NCBI GenBank assembly: GCA_963810305.1
Contig: CAWEMY010000003.1
Location: forward strand, 24,528 to 88,527
Source of the DNA: an uncultured Acidobacteriota bacterium
Lineage (GTDB): Bacteria; Acidobacteriota; Vicinamibacteria; Vicinamibacterales; 2-12-FULL-66-21
DNA length: 64,000 bases
Direction: 5' to 3'
Below are positions 51,039-59,784 of this stretch, piece by piece. Under the pieces are notes generated by a model, which searched no databases, had not been told where the DNA came from, and saw only the letters and a list, made by a program, of their open reading frames with translations. Within the stretch, counting starts at the first letter, position 1. Each line of letters opens with the position of its first letter. The position numbers were made by a program, and so were the translations under genes.

Positions 51039-53765
51039 TCACTTCTTCAGTAGCGCCGGCCAGTTGACGACGAGGTTGAGCGGCATCGTGGTGGCCTGGC
51101 TCTCGACGACGGTATTGACGAGGAAGCGATTTCCGTCGGGGCCCACGTCGTAGAAATAGGCGTCGAGCCGGTTCCTCGACCGTGGACGCATTTGAAACAG
51201 CGGCTGCACGGTCTTGACCTCGAACTGTGGCCCCCGCCCGTTGACGGCCGCTGACATCAGGGTGTTGTTCGGCGAGACGAAGAACAGCTCCGAACCGTCG
51301 CGGGACCACTGGGGCCACTGGCCTCCGTCGGTGGAGACTCGCGCGGGCTCTCCAGGTCCGGGATATGGTCGCACGTAGATCTCCAGCCGCCCGATCGTAT
51401 TCGATGCATAGGCGATCCATCGACCATCCCGAGAGAACCGCCCCTGCGTTTCGACGGCATCAGAATTCAGAAACGGCTTGGGCCGGCGATCGCCTGCAAT
51501 CGGAAGCAACATCAGGTCGCTCCTGCCGATGGCGCGGCCGCCGCCGATATAGAGGATCTCTTTGCCGTCGGGCGACCAGTGGGCGGCGAATTTACCGATG
51601 CCGGCTGGGCCGGTGTCCAGCCGCTGCTCGCGTCCTTCCGATGTTCTCTCGTACAGATCGACACCGCCCTCGCGCGCGCTGCTGAAGATGACCCGGTCGC
51701 CACGCGGTGACCAGACCGGTGCGAAGTCCTCCGAAGTTCCGGTGGTGAATGGTTCACGCAGCCCACGCAGTACGTCGAAGATCCAGATGTCGCGCGTGCC
51801 GCTCTCTGGCTGCAGGACGCTGGTCGCCACGCGTTCCCCGTTCGGCGACAGCACCACATCGAGGTAGTCAGCCTGATCGCCCAGACTCCCGAGCGGTTTG
51901 CCCGACCGGTCGAACCACGTCAGCTGGGTGCGATTCAGCGGCGCCGTCTGATACATCAGCACGCCAGTGTCCGAGGCTGAGAATGCCGATGCGGCGTTGC
52001 CGACGGCGACGCGCTCCGCCAATGGCTGTGGCTCGCCGCGCGGCTCCAGCCGATCTGGATCGAACGTCTGAGCCATCAGCGTGGCATCGCGCTTGAAGAG
52101 TAGATATCCGCTCGCGTATACGGCGTTCACGGCGCGCTCCAGAACGGGCCGTGGAGCATCCTTCGAATCGAGCGTTCCGAGGTAGACCGCCCGAGCGTCG
52201 GTCGCCCCGCCTTTCGCACTCCCGATGGCGGAGTAGAGAAAGTGCCGGCCGTCGGGAAGGAACGCCGGCTGGGAATGCTGCACCTCTCCGGCGGCAACGT
52301 CGAGCGTCGTCGCGGGGACGGCCAGACCCCCGCCTGCGCTGATCCGGTGCAGGGGAGCGTTGCCCGCCGGCGTGAAGAGGATCACGTCACCGCTCCAGGC
52401 CGATGTTGCACCGAAATTGAGCGCGGTCAGGGTCACGAGCTGGCCACCTTCCGCCGGCACCTTCTTGAGCTGCCCACGCATGGTCACCAGGATGTCCGCC
52501 GCGCGCTGTATGAAGCCGATGAATCGCGAATCGGACGACCAGAATGGATACGTCGCCCCTTCGGTGCCCGTGAGCGGCTGCGCGACCAGACCATCGAGCG
52601 GCCGCACCCAGAGCACGGGTCTGCCGTCTGGGCCGGTGGCGATGAAAGCCAGCTTCTTCCCGTCAGGCGACAGTGCGAACCGCGCGGGATCCTCGTCTGT
52701 TAGCGTCACCTGTTCCGGAAACGGGATCACCGCGCGATAGGTTCGAGTGTCCTGATCGACGCTCGGCGCCGGCCGGCCGCGGAAGATGAGGAACCCTGCC
52801 AGAACCGCAGCGAGGGCCACCGCGATGATCCAGGCGCTACGTTCCCGGGTTGTCACCCGACCGCGCGCCGTCATCACTGCCGGCGGCATCGGTCCCGACT
52901 CGCCGGGTTGCGTCAGCGCTTCGTCCAACTCGATGCGCGCATCCGCGATGTCATGCAGTCTGCGCCTGGGATCTTTCTCCAGGCATCGCCGCAGGAGCCA
53001 CTGGACGCGGGCGGGTGTCGCTGCTGGAAGCAGCGTCCAATCCGGGTCGCGGCTGAGGATCGAGACGAGGACGTCCGAGACGTTTTCGCCAGGGAATGGA
53101 TTGCGCGCTGCCAACATCTCGTAGAGCACGCAGCCAAACGAGAAGATGTCCGTACGTTTGTCGAGCGTCTGGCCACGCGCCTGCTCCGGACTCATGTACG
53201 CCGCGGTGCCGAGCACGACCCCGCTCTGCGTGCCGCCGGGGGCAACAGTCGGCGCGTCAGCGGTGACCGTAGAGGCTTTCGCCAGGCCGAAATCCAGCAC
53301 CTTGACGTGACCGTCGGCGGTGAATGCGATGTTGGCGGGTTTGAGGTCGCGGTGAATGATGCCGCGGTCGTGCGCCGCCTGTAGCGCGTCGGCGATCTGG
53401 CGTGCGATGGTGATCGCGTCACGCACAGGGAGGGGGCCCGTCCTCAATCGGTCCGAGAGCGTTCCCCCTTCGACGAGCTCCATGATGAGGAACTGCGCGC
53501 GGTTGGGGGAGCCGGGAGGACCCGATTCCTCGAGACCATAGAGCGCCGCAATGTGCGGATGACTGAGACCGGCAAGAATCTGCGCCTCGCGTTCGAAGCG
53601 TTCGATACGTTCCGGGTCGTTCGCCGAAGAGGCGGGCAGTGCCTTGACCGCCACATCGCGTCCAAGACGCGCATCGCGTGCGCGATACACCTCTCCCATG
53701 CCGCCGGCGCCCAGTGGCGCGCCGATTTCGTAGGGCCCAAGCCGTGTTCCGGGTGTGAGGGGCAT
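51039..53765 (-). CDS. Ser/Thr protein kinase fused to TM helix and TolB/PD40 beta-propeller
   Basis: Kinase motifs are 'MPLTPGTRLGPYEIGAPLGAGGMGEVYRA', 'IIHRDLKPANIAF', 'DFGLAK' and '[10 protein letters not shown]'. The TM helix is 'AWIIAVALAAVLAGFLIF'. The C-terminus is rich in PD40 blades ('SPDGK', 'SPNGE', 'SRDG'). Confidence 0.9.
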   Translation of the reverse strand: MPLTPGTRLGPYEIGAPLGAGGMGEVYRARDARLGRDVAVKALPASSANDPERIERFEREAQILAGLSHPHIAALYGLEESGPPGSPNRAQFLIMELVEGGTLSDRLRTGPLPVRDAITIARQIADALQAAHDRGIIHRDLKPANIAFTADGHVKVLDFGLAKASTVTADAPTVAPGGTQSGVVLGTAAYMSPEQARGQTLDKRTDIFSFGCVLYEMLAARNPFPGENVSDVLVSILSRDPDWTLLPAATPARVQWLLRRCLEKDPRRRLHDIADARIELDEALTQPGESGPMPPAVMTARGRVTTRERSAWIIAVALAAVLAGFLIFRGRPAPSVDQDTRTYRAVIPFPEQVTLTDEDPARFALSPDGKKLAFIATGPDGRPVLWVRPLDGLVAQPLTGTEGATYPFWSSDSRFIGFIQRAADILVTMRGQLKKVPAEGGQLVTLTALNFGATSAWSGDVILFTPAGNAPLHRISAGGGLAVPATTLDVAAGEVQHSQPAFLPDGRHFLYSAIGSAKGGATDARAVYLGTLDSKDAPRPVLERAVNAVYASGYLLFKRDATLMAQTFDPDRLEPRGEPQPLAERVAVGNAASAFSASDTGVLMYQTAPLNRTQLTWFDRSGKPLGSLGDQADYLDVVLSPNGERVATSVLQPESGTRDIWIFDVLRGLREPFTTGTSEDFAPVWSPRGDRVIFSSAREGGVDLYERTSEGREQRLDTGPAGIGKFAAHWSPDGKEILYIGGGRAIGRSDLMLLPIAGDRRPKPFLNSDAVETQGRFSRDGRWIAYASNTIGRLEIYVRPYPGPGEPARVSTDGGQWPQWSRDGSELFFVSPNNTLMSAAVNGRGPQFEVKTVQPLFQMRPRSRNRLDAYFYDVGPDGNRFLVNTVVESQATTMPLNLVVNWPALLKK

Positions 53766-53812
53766 CCGATCGCGCGTGTCCCGGCAGTATAAACTGACGT
53801 CCGGAGAACAAG

Positions 53813-56464
53813 ACGCCGCTCGCTGAAGGGACTCGCCTCGGCCCCTACGAGATTCTCACGCACGCCGGCAGCGGCGGCATGGGAGAGGTGTACAAGGCGC
53901 GAGACACCCGTTTAAACCGCACCGTGGCGATCAAGGTCCTGGCCGAGGACTTTTCGCTCGACGCGGACCGTCGCCAGCGTTTCGAGCGCGAGGCGCGGGT
54001 CGTCGCTTCACTGAGCCATCCCAATATCTGTGCGCTGCACGACGTCGGCACCGAGTCGTCGAGCTCGAACGAGTCCGCACGCGCCTACATCGTGATGGAA
54101 TTCCTCGAGGGAGAAACGCTCGAGGATCGGCTCGCTCGCGGCCCGCTCCCGCTGACCGACATCATTCGCTACGGCGCCGACGTCGCGACGGCGCTTCACG
54201 CCGCCCACCGCCAGCACATCGTCCATCGCGATCTGAAACCCGGCAACATCATGATCACGCGTTCCGGCGTGAAGCTGCTCGACTTCGGTCTCGCCAAGCC
54301 GGCCGATCCGATGTTTGCGGCATCCGACGCTCATTCGACGCGCGTGCTCACCAACGTGACGATGGCGGGTGCGGTGATGGGGACGGTTCCGTACATGGCG
54401 CCGGAACAGCTCGAGGGGCGGCCCGCCGACTGGCGCAGCGACATTTTCGCCCTCGGGGCCGTCCTCCACGAGATGGCCACCGGAAAACGCGCGTTCAACG
54501 GTTCCAGTCAGGCATCGATCGCCTCGGCGATCCTGACGTCCGATCCGCCCCCGATTGCGTCGTCATCAGCTTTGGATCGGATCGTTCGCGTCTGTCTGGC
54601 GCGTGATCCGGACCGTCGCTGGCAGTCCGCGCATGATGTCGCGCTTCAACTCGAAGGCCTCCAGAATCGGGTGGATGCCGAGCCTCCGGTATACCGCGGC
54701 CGGGCGTCATACCTGCCATGGGCAATCACCGCAGGTGCGCTCGTCGTTGCCGCCGTGGCGCTGATCTGGAGTGCCAGCCGGTCCACGGCCGGCACCCAGG
54801 GGACGGGATTGCCCGCGGCCAAAGTCGTCATGTTCCCGCTGCATCCTCCGCCCGGCGGCAGTTTCACGCAGTCGGTCGAATGGAATCCGGTTGCCGTGTC
54901 TCCCGACGGGCAGAGGATCGCGTATTCAGCGCGGTCCGCCGACGGGCGCGTTCGGCTCTGGTTGCGAACGCTTGGCGCCGTGGACGGGCGGCCTGTCGAA
55001 GGTACTGAAGGGGTCTCGTCGATGTTCTGGAGCCCCGACGGCAAGTCGCTGGCGTTCTTTGCGTTCGGCAAGCTGAAACGCTTCGAGCTTTCCGGCGGTG
55101 CGCCGGTAGCTATCTGCGACGTGCGAGAGGGCATCGGCCAGACCGGCACCTGGGGTGCCGACGGTCAGATCGTTTTTGCGTCAGTTCAGGGAGAGGCTCT
55201 GTTGAGCGTCTCGGCCTCGGGTGGGAGCCCTGTTGAAATGCGGAAGCGCAGTCTCGGTGGAGGCGAGAGGCGTCTCACCTGGCCGACCTTTCTTCCCGAC
55301 GGGCGCCGCTTGTTCTATCTCCTCAGCGCTCGGGACGATACCGGCTCGGTGATGTTGCTTTCGCCTGACGGCAGCTCGCGAGAGGTGCTGAAGGTCAAAT
55401 CAAACGTTCAGTACGTCGACCCTGGATATCTCCTCTATTCGAGCGATGCGACGCTGGTGGCGCGCCGCTTCGACCTGGCGACCGGCGCGATCAGCGGCGA
55501 TCCGATCGTCGTCGGCGACCATATCAGTTATTTCAGGGCCACCGGCCTGGCCCCGTTCTCCGCATCGAGGACCGGCGTCATCGCGTATCAGGCGAACCAG
55601 GACGAGAGCCGCATGGCCATCTTCGACCGGACGGGCCGCGAACTGGCGCAGGTCGGCACGGGGGGCGCCTTGAACGTCCGTTTGTCTGCTGACGAGCGCA
55701 TGCTGCTCTTTTCACGCATCGACCCTCGCACGTCCACGTTCGATATCTGGACGCGCGATCTCGATCGGGGCCTCGAAACGCGCATCACCACCGATCCAGC
55801 GACCGACGTCATGCCCAACTGGGCGCCGGACGGAACGTTGATCTACTCCGCGGTCCGCGGCGCCGCTCCGCGCCTCTTCCGACGGACACTGGCGACCGGT
55901 AAAGATGAAGAACTGTCGCCCGAAGGCGTCGGCATGCAGACGGCTACCAGCGTTTCACCGGATGGTTCCTCGTTCTTGTATTCGCAGCGGACAGACCGCG
56001 GCAACTATGATTTGATGATCCGGCGTTTCTCCGACAACGCGACCACACCGTTTCGCACCTCGCCCGCGAGCGAGGAGGACGCGCGCTTTTCTCCCGACGG
56101 CAAACTCGTCGCATTCGTGACTGACGAGACCGGTCGCGGCGAGGTCGTCGTCGCCCCGTTCCCTTCAGGACCAACCACCCCGGTGTCGACCACGGGTGGA
56201 GCGAACCCCCGGTGGAGCTCGAACGGACGGGAGTTGCTCTACATCACGCCGGACGGTGAGCTGATGGCCGTCCCGGTCCAGCCCGGCCCGCCGGTGACGA
56301 TCGGCAAGGCGGCCCGGCTCTCGGCCGCGCGCGCGCCGGATGGGCGCTGGGGAGAATTCGAGGTCATGGCGGACGGGCGGCTGCTGGCCGTCGTCCGTAC
56401 CAGGGTCGCATCTCAGCAGCCGATGACCGTGATCGTCGATTGGCCGGCCGCTCTCTCGCGTTAA
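53813..56464 (+). CDS. Ser/Thr protein kinase fused to TM helix and TolB/PD40 beta-propeller; conserved N-terminus begins with ACG, not ATG
   Basis: The listed ORF starts at ATG 53879, inside the Gly-rich loop ('GSGGMGEVYKA'). The frame is open upstream to 53786 and encodes 'TPLAEGTRLGPYEILTHA'. This is colinear with the paralog starts 'MPLTPGTRLGPYEI' and 'MPLSPGTRLGPYEI'. GGAGAA lies at 53803-53808. Confidence 0.8.
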   Translation, partial: TPLAEGTRLGPYEILTHAGSGGMGEVYKARDTRLNRTVAIKVLAEDFSLDADRRQRFEREARVVASLSHPNICALHDVGTESSSSNESARAYIVMEFLEGETLEDRLARGPLPLTDIIRYGADVATALHAAHRQHIVHRDLKPGNIMITRSGVKLLDFGLAKPADPMFAASDAHSTRVLTNVTMAGAVMGTVPYMAPEQLEGRPADWRSDIFALGAVLHEMATGKRAFNGSSQASIASAILTSDPPPIASSSALDRIVRVCLARDPDRRWQSAHDVALQLEGLQNRVDAEPPVYRGRASYLPWAITAGALVVAAVALIWSASRSTAGTQGTGLPAAKVVMFPLHPPPGGSFTQSVEWNPVAVSPDGQRIAYSARSADGRVRLWLRTLGAVDGRPVEGTEGVSSMFWSPDGKSLAFFAFGKLKRFELSGGAPVAICDVREGIGQTGTWGADGQIVFASVQGEALLSVSASGGSPVEMRKRSLGGGERRLTWPTFLPDGRRLFYLLSARDDTGSVMLLSPDGSSREVLKVKSNVQYVDPGYLLYSSDATLVARRFDLATGAISGDPIVVGDHISYFRATGLAPFSASRTGVIAYQANQDESRMAIFDRTGRELAQVGTGGALNVRLSADERMLLFSRIDPRTSTFDIWTRDLDRGLETRITTDPATDVMPNWAPDGTLIYSAVRGAAPRLFRRTLATGKDEELSPEGVGMQTATSVSPDGSSFLYSQRTDRGNYDLMIRRFSDNATTPFRTSPASEEDARFSPDGKLVAFVTDETGRGEVVVAPFPSGPTTPVSTTGGANPRWSSNGRELLYITPDGELMAVPVQPGPPVTIGKAARLSAARAPDGRWGEFEVMADGRLLAVVRTRVASQQPMTVIVDWPAALSR

Positions 56465-56465
56465 A

Positions 56466-56825
56466 ATGATGGAAGCGATGGAAGTATCGCTCGAGTCACT
56501 CGCCACGTCCGCCGGCTGCGTCGACGGCGTCCGAGCCGGAGACGTCCAGCCCGGCGATTGGATCATCGTCCGTACCCGGAACTCGACCTACTCGCTCCTG
56601 GTCAACGACGACGGGACATTCGATGCGACCGGCGGCTGGTTCAGCCGGGAAGAGCAGTCGGGCGCGCGGCTTCGGGTCGCCGGCTGCACCTGGGGCGGGA
56701 CTGCGATCCTGACCCGCATGATCGCCGCTCCCGGGATGTTTCTCGAGTTCGCGAACAACGTTCGCACGACGCGCATTTGTGAAGTGCGCGTCCTCCGGCC
56801 TCACGAATCCACCTCGATCCACTAA
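56466..56825 (+). CDS. Hypothetical protein (119 aa) tightly coupled to the upstream kinase gene
   Basis: Its ATG lies 1 nt after the kinase TAA. I recognise no family. Its TAA stop lies in the first CTAACGC repeat unit. Confidence 0.5.
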   Translation: MMEAMEVSLESLATSAGCVDGVRAGDVQPGDWIIVRTRNSTYSLLVNDDGTFDATGGWFSREEQSGARLRVAGCTWGGTAILTRMIAAPGMFLEFANNVRTTRICEVRVLRPHESTSIH

Positions 56826-56856
56826 CGCCTAACGCCTAACTGCTAACGCCTAACTT
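56822..56856. repeat. CTAACGC/CTAACTG/CTAACTT heptanucleotide array (5 units) between convergent genes
   Basis: Read directly. Confidence 0.9.
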
Positions 56857-56884
56857 CTCAGGGATCCCTCCGTTCCTTCCCCCC

Positions 56885-59738
56885 TTATTTCACTGGGCCG
56901 AGATACTTATCGTACCAATCGAGGACCTCCCGATACAACGCGTGCATGTCATTCGGGACGTGGCCTCCCTCGAGCCGGACGGCTTTCTTGTGCTCGGGGG
57001 GTGTGCCGAGCAGTTGAAAGAACCGGTCCTGCGCGGCGATGGGAACCTGGAAGTCGTCGCGCCCGTGGACGAGCAAGACCGGCACCTTCACACGCGGCAT
57101 GAAGTTGGCGGGCTGGGTCTCAGGCGGGGAATTGAACCTCAGACCACCCGCGGCGAACGCGGCCACCTTGATGCGGGGGTCGAGCGCCACAGGGATCGGT
57201 CCGGAATACGGCACCCATGCTCAGGCTGTAATAAGCCACTTTCTGCTTGTCGATCTCAGGTCTGCTCTCGAGGTAATCAACGGCCCGGAAAACATCCTTC
57301 GCCCGCTGCACCTCGCGATCACGTCTGGCGGTTCCGCCACGCGCGGCCTGCCCTTGTCCTATCCGTTCGAACGTCCCCTGATACACCGGATAGAGGACGG
57401 CGCGTCCGCTGCGGACGAGGAATTCGAAGGTCCAGAGGTCGAGCACGCTGCTGGTCCTCATCGCTGTCGCGTAGGAGGTGGGGAAGAAGACCACGGTCTG
57501 ATACGGCGGGCGTGCATTCTTCGGAAGGAACAGATATGCAGGGATTCGCTCTCCGCCGTACGCGGCCGCGAACGACACTTTCTCTTTTTTCCAATGTGGC
57601 GATTCGTCGACCGCTTCGACGACGCGCGTCGAGTGGAACCCGGTCGTAATCGTAGAAGCGCTTGTAGAGCCGGAATTCCTCGTCTGAGACCGGCACCAGA
57701 CTCGCCGGATTTCCGTGCACGTTCGCGACCGGCGCGCTCGCTGCGGCGCTGACCGTGCCGATATTCTTCACGAAGCGCACGCCGAAACTCGCGTCGCGGA
57801 GCCACGGATCGCGCGCTTCCGTTTCCTGAAATCGGTAGCCCGGCTCGTTCCACCCGCCGCCGAGAATGTACCGGCTGGGACTGTCGCCGGCCCGATTGGC
57901 GCACCACTCCTTGACGTTGCCAGCCGTGTCGTACGTGCCCGAGACGCCCACACTCTGCCGCTCGCCGACTTTTACAGGACCGCGCGAATCGAAGTTGCTC
58001 ACCTTGAGGATGTCCGCGAAGGCGTCTTCCGCCGCGCGGGTCGCGCGGTACCAGTGATAGATCGTCGGCAGCTCTTTCCCGGTAAAGCGGGCGTAGGCGG
58101 CCGCCTCGTACCAGCTGATGCCGCCGACGGGGAAGTCCTCCTTTCCCTCGGGATAACTTCCCAGCTCCCATGTCGCCGGACCGCTTCGCCCCGTTCTGTC
58201 GCGAAATCGCGCCACCGCCTCTTCGAAGGACACCGCTCGTTTGGCGTCGATGAACGGCTCCTTCCAGTACTTCCGATCGGCGTATCCGCCAGCATCGACG
58301 AATCTCTTGAACTCACGGTTCGTCAGCTCGTACTTGTCGATCCAGAACGCCGGCAGCGTCACGGGCGCCGCGACTCCGACGGTGAACGGCCCCCCCTCAA
58401 CGCGTACCATTCCCGGTTCGGCCGACCGTTCGTCGACCAGTGTGATGGTCAGCGCTCCGACCGGATGGCTGACGTCTATCGGAACGAAACCGGCTTTCGT
58501 GATGCGCACGCGATACGGGACGAACGGAACCTTGGACCCGCGGATCGGAGTCGTGCCGAGGCGATGCCATTCGCCGTCCAGGTTCGAATAGTTCCGGATC
58601 GTCACTTCAGCACCAGCAGGGGTCGTATCGATGTCGAGGTCGAACCAGGTCTCGCGGATGCGACCGATCTCCTCGGGGGCGTATCGGCTCGCCCGTTCGG
58701 CAAGGCGCACGGCCTCGAGCGAACGATCGGTGGATTGGAGCTTCTCGATCTGCGGGATCGTTTCGCGTCGGACACGTTGTGCCTCCCGCGCTTGCATCAA
58801 CTGCCAGACGCTGAAGCCGGCCACGGCCAGGAGAAGGACGACGACCGGAACGAGGACCGCTGGCCTGCGCCAGCCTCCCTCTGCCGGCCGCGTGAGCTTT
58901 GCGTGCGCGGCGGCGAGATCCGCCCGCAGCGCGGACGCATCCTGATACCGCGCCGCCGGATCTTTCGCGAGCGCACGTTGAATGATGGCGTCGACGTCGG
59001 CCGGCGCGTCGGGCCGTGTGTGCCGCACAGGCGCCGGCTGATCGCGCAGGATCGACGTGATGACGCCCACATGCGTGGAGCCGCGAACGGCCGCCGGCCC
59101 GCGAGCATCTCGTAAAGGACGGCGCCGAACGAAAAGATGTCGGACCGCGCATCCACCGGCGCGCCCTTCCGCCTGCTCGGGCGACATGTAGGCCGCAGTG
59201 CCCATGATCAACGCCCGGCTCGGTCGCGACCGCGGTGATCGTGGCTTCGGTCGGCGCCAGCTCGATCAGTTTCGCGAGACCGAAGTCGAGCACCTTGGCG
59301 CGTCCGTCGCGCGTGATCGACGATGTTGGCCGGCTTGATGTCGCGATGGATGATGCCGTTCGCGTGCGCGACGGCAAGGGCGGATGCGATCTGGACGGCG
59401 TAGTCGAGCGCGTCGCGACCGGCAGGGGCCCGCTCGGCCAGCAGCCGGTCGAGCGGCGTGCCGTCCACCAGCTCCATCGCGATGAACGTCGTTCCCGCAT
59501 CCTCGCCGATCTCGTAGATGGTGACGATGTTCGGGTGGTTCAGCGCCGACGCCGACTGCGCCTCGCGCACGAATCGCCGGTGCCGCTCGGCGTCCGCCGT
59601 CGCCTCAGGCGGCGAGCACCTTGATCGCCACGGGCCGCCCGAGCCTCGTGTCGACGGCACGATAGACAACGCCCATCCCGCCGCGCCCGATTTCTCCTTC
59701 GATGCGGTAATGCGAGATGGAATCGGGCGAGTCAGCGC
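56885..59738 (-). pseudogene. Ser/Thr kinase - TM - FGE-sulfatase (SUMF1-like) - alpha/beta-hydrolase fusion gene, copy A; at least 7 frame breaks, no clear start codon
   Basis: The pieces read in order as follows.
- '[36 protein letters not shown]'
- '[19 protein letters not shown]...[12 protein letters not shown]'
- '[17 protein letters not shown]...'
- '[14 protein letters not shown]'
- '[23 protein letters not shown]'
- a long intact stretch with TM '[15 protein letters not shown]' and an FGE-type domain ('FWIDKYELTNREFKRFV', 'GGISWYEAAAYARF', 'DTAGNVKEWC', 'ILGGGWN')
- 'VEAVDESPHWKKEKVSFAAAYGGERIPAYLFLP...YYSLSMGA'
- 'PYSGPIPVALDPRIK...VHGRDDFQVP...LEGGHVP...YLGPVK*'

Breaks fall near 59612, 59335, 59215, 59160, 59085, 57625 and 57212. 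Confidence 0.75.
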
Positions 59739-59740
59739 TC

Positions 59741-59768
59741 GGGAGTTGGGAGTTGGGAGTTGGGAGTT
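59741..59768. repeat. GGGAGTT x4 perfect heptanucleotide repeat between the two kinase-FGE copies
   Basis: Read directly. It replaces the position where copy A's 5' end would be expected. Confidence 0.9.
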
Positions 59769-59784
59769 GACATTCGAGCGGCGT

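Noticed and set aside
57715-59115. 466-aa plus-strand ORF
   Set aside because: It is antisense to the only long intact stretch of kinase/FGE copy A. It has no motifs and an Arg-rich composition.
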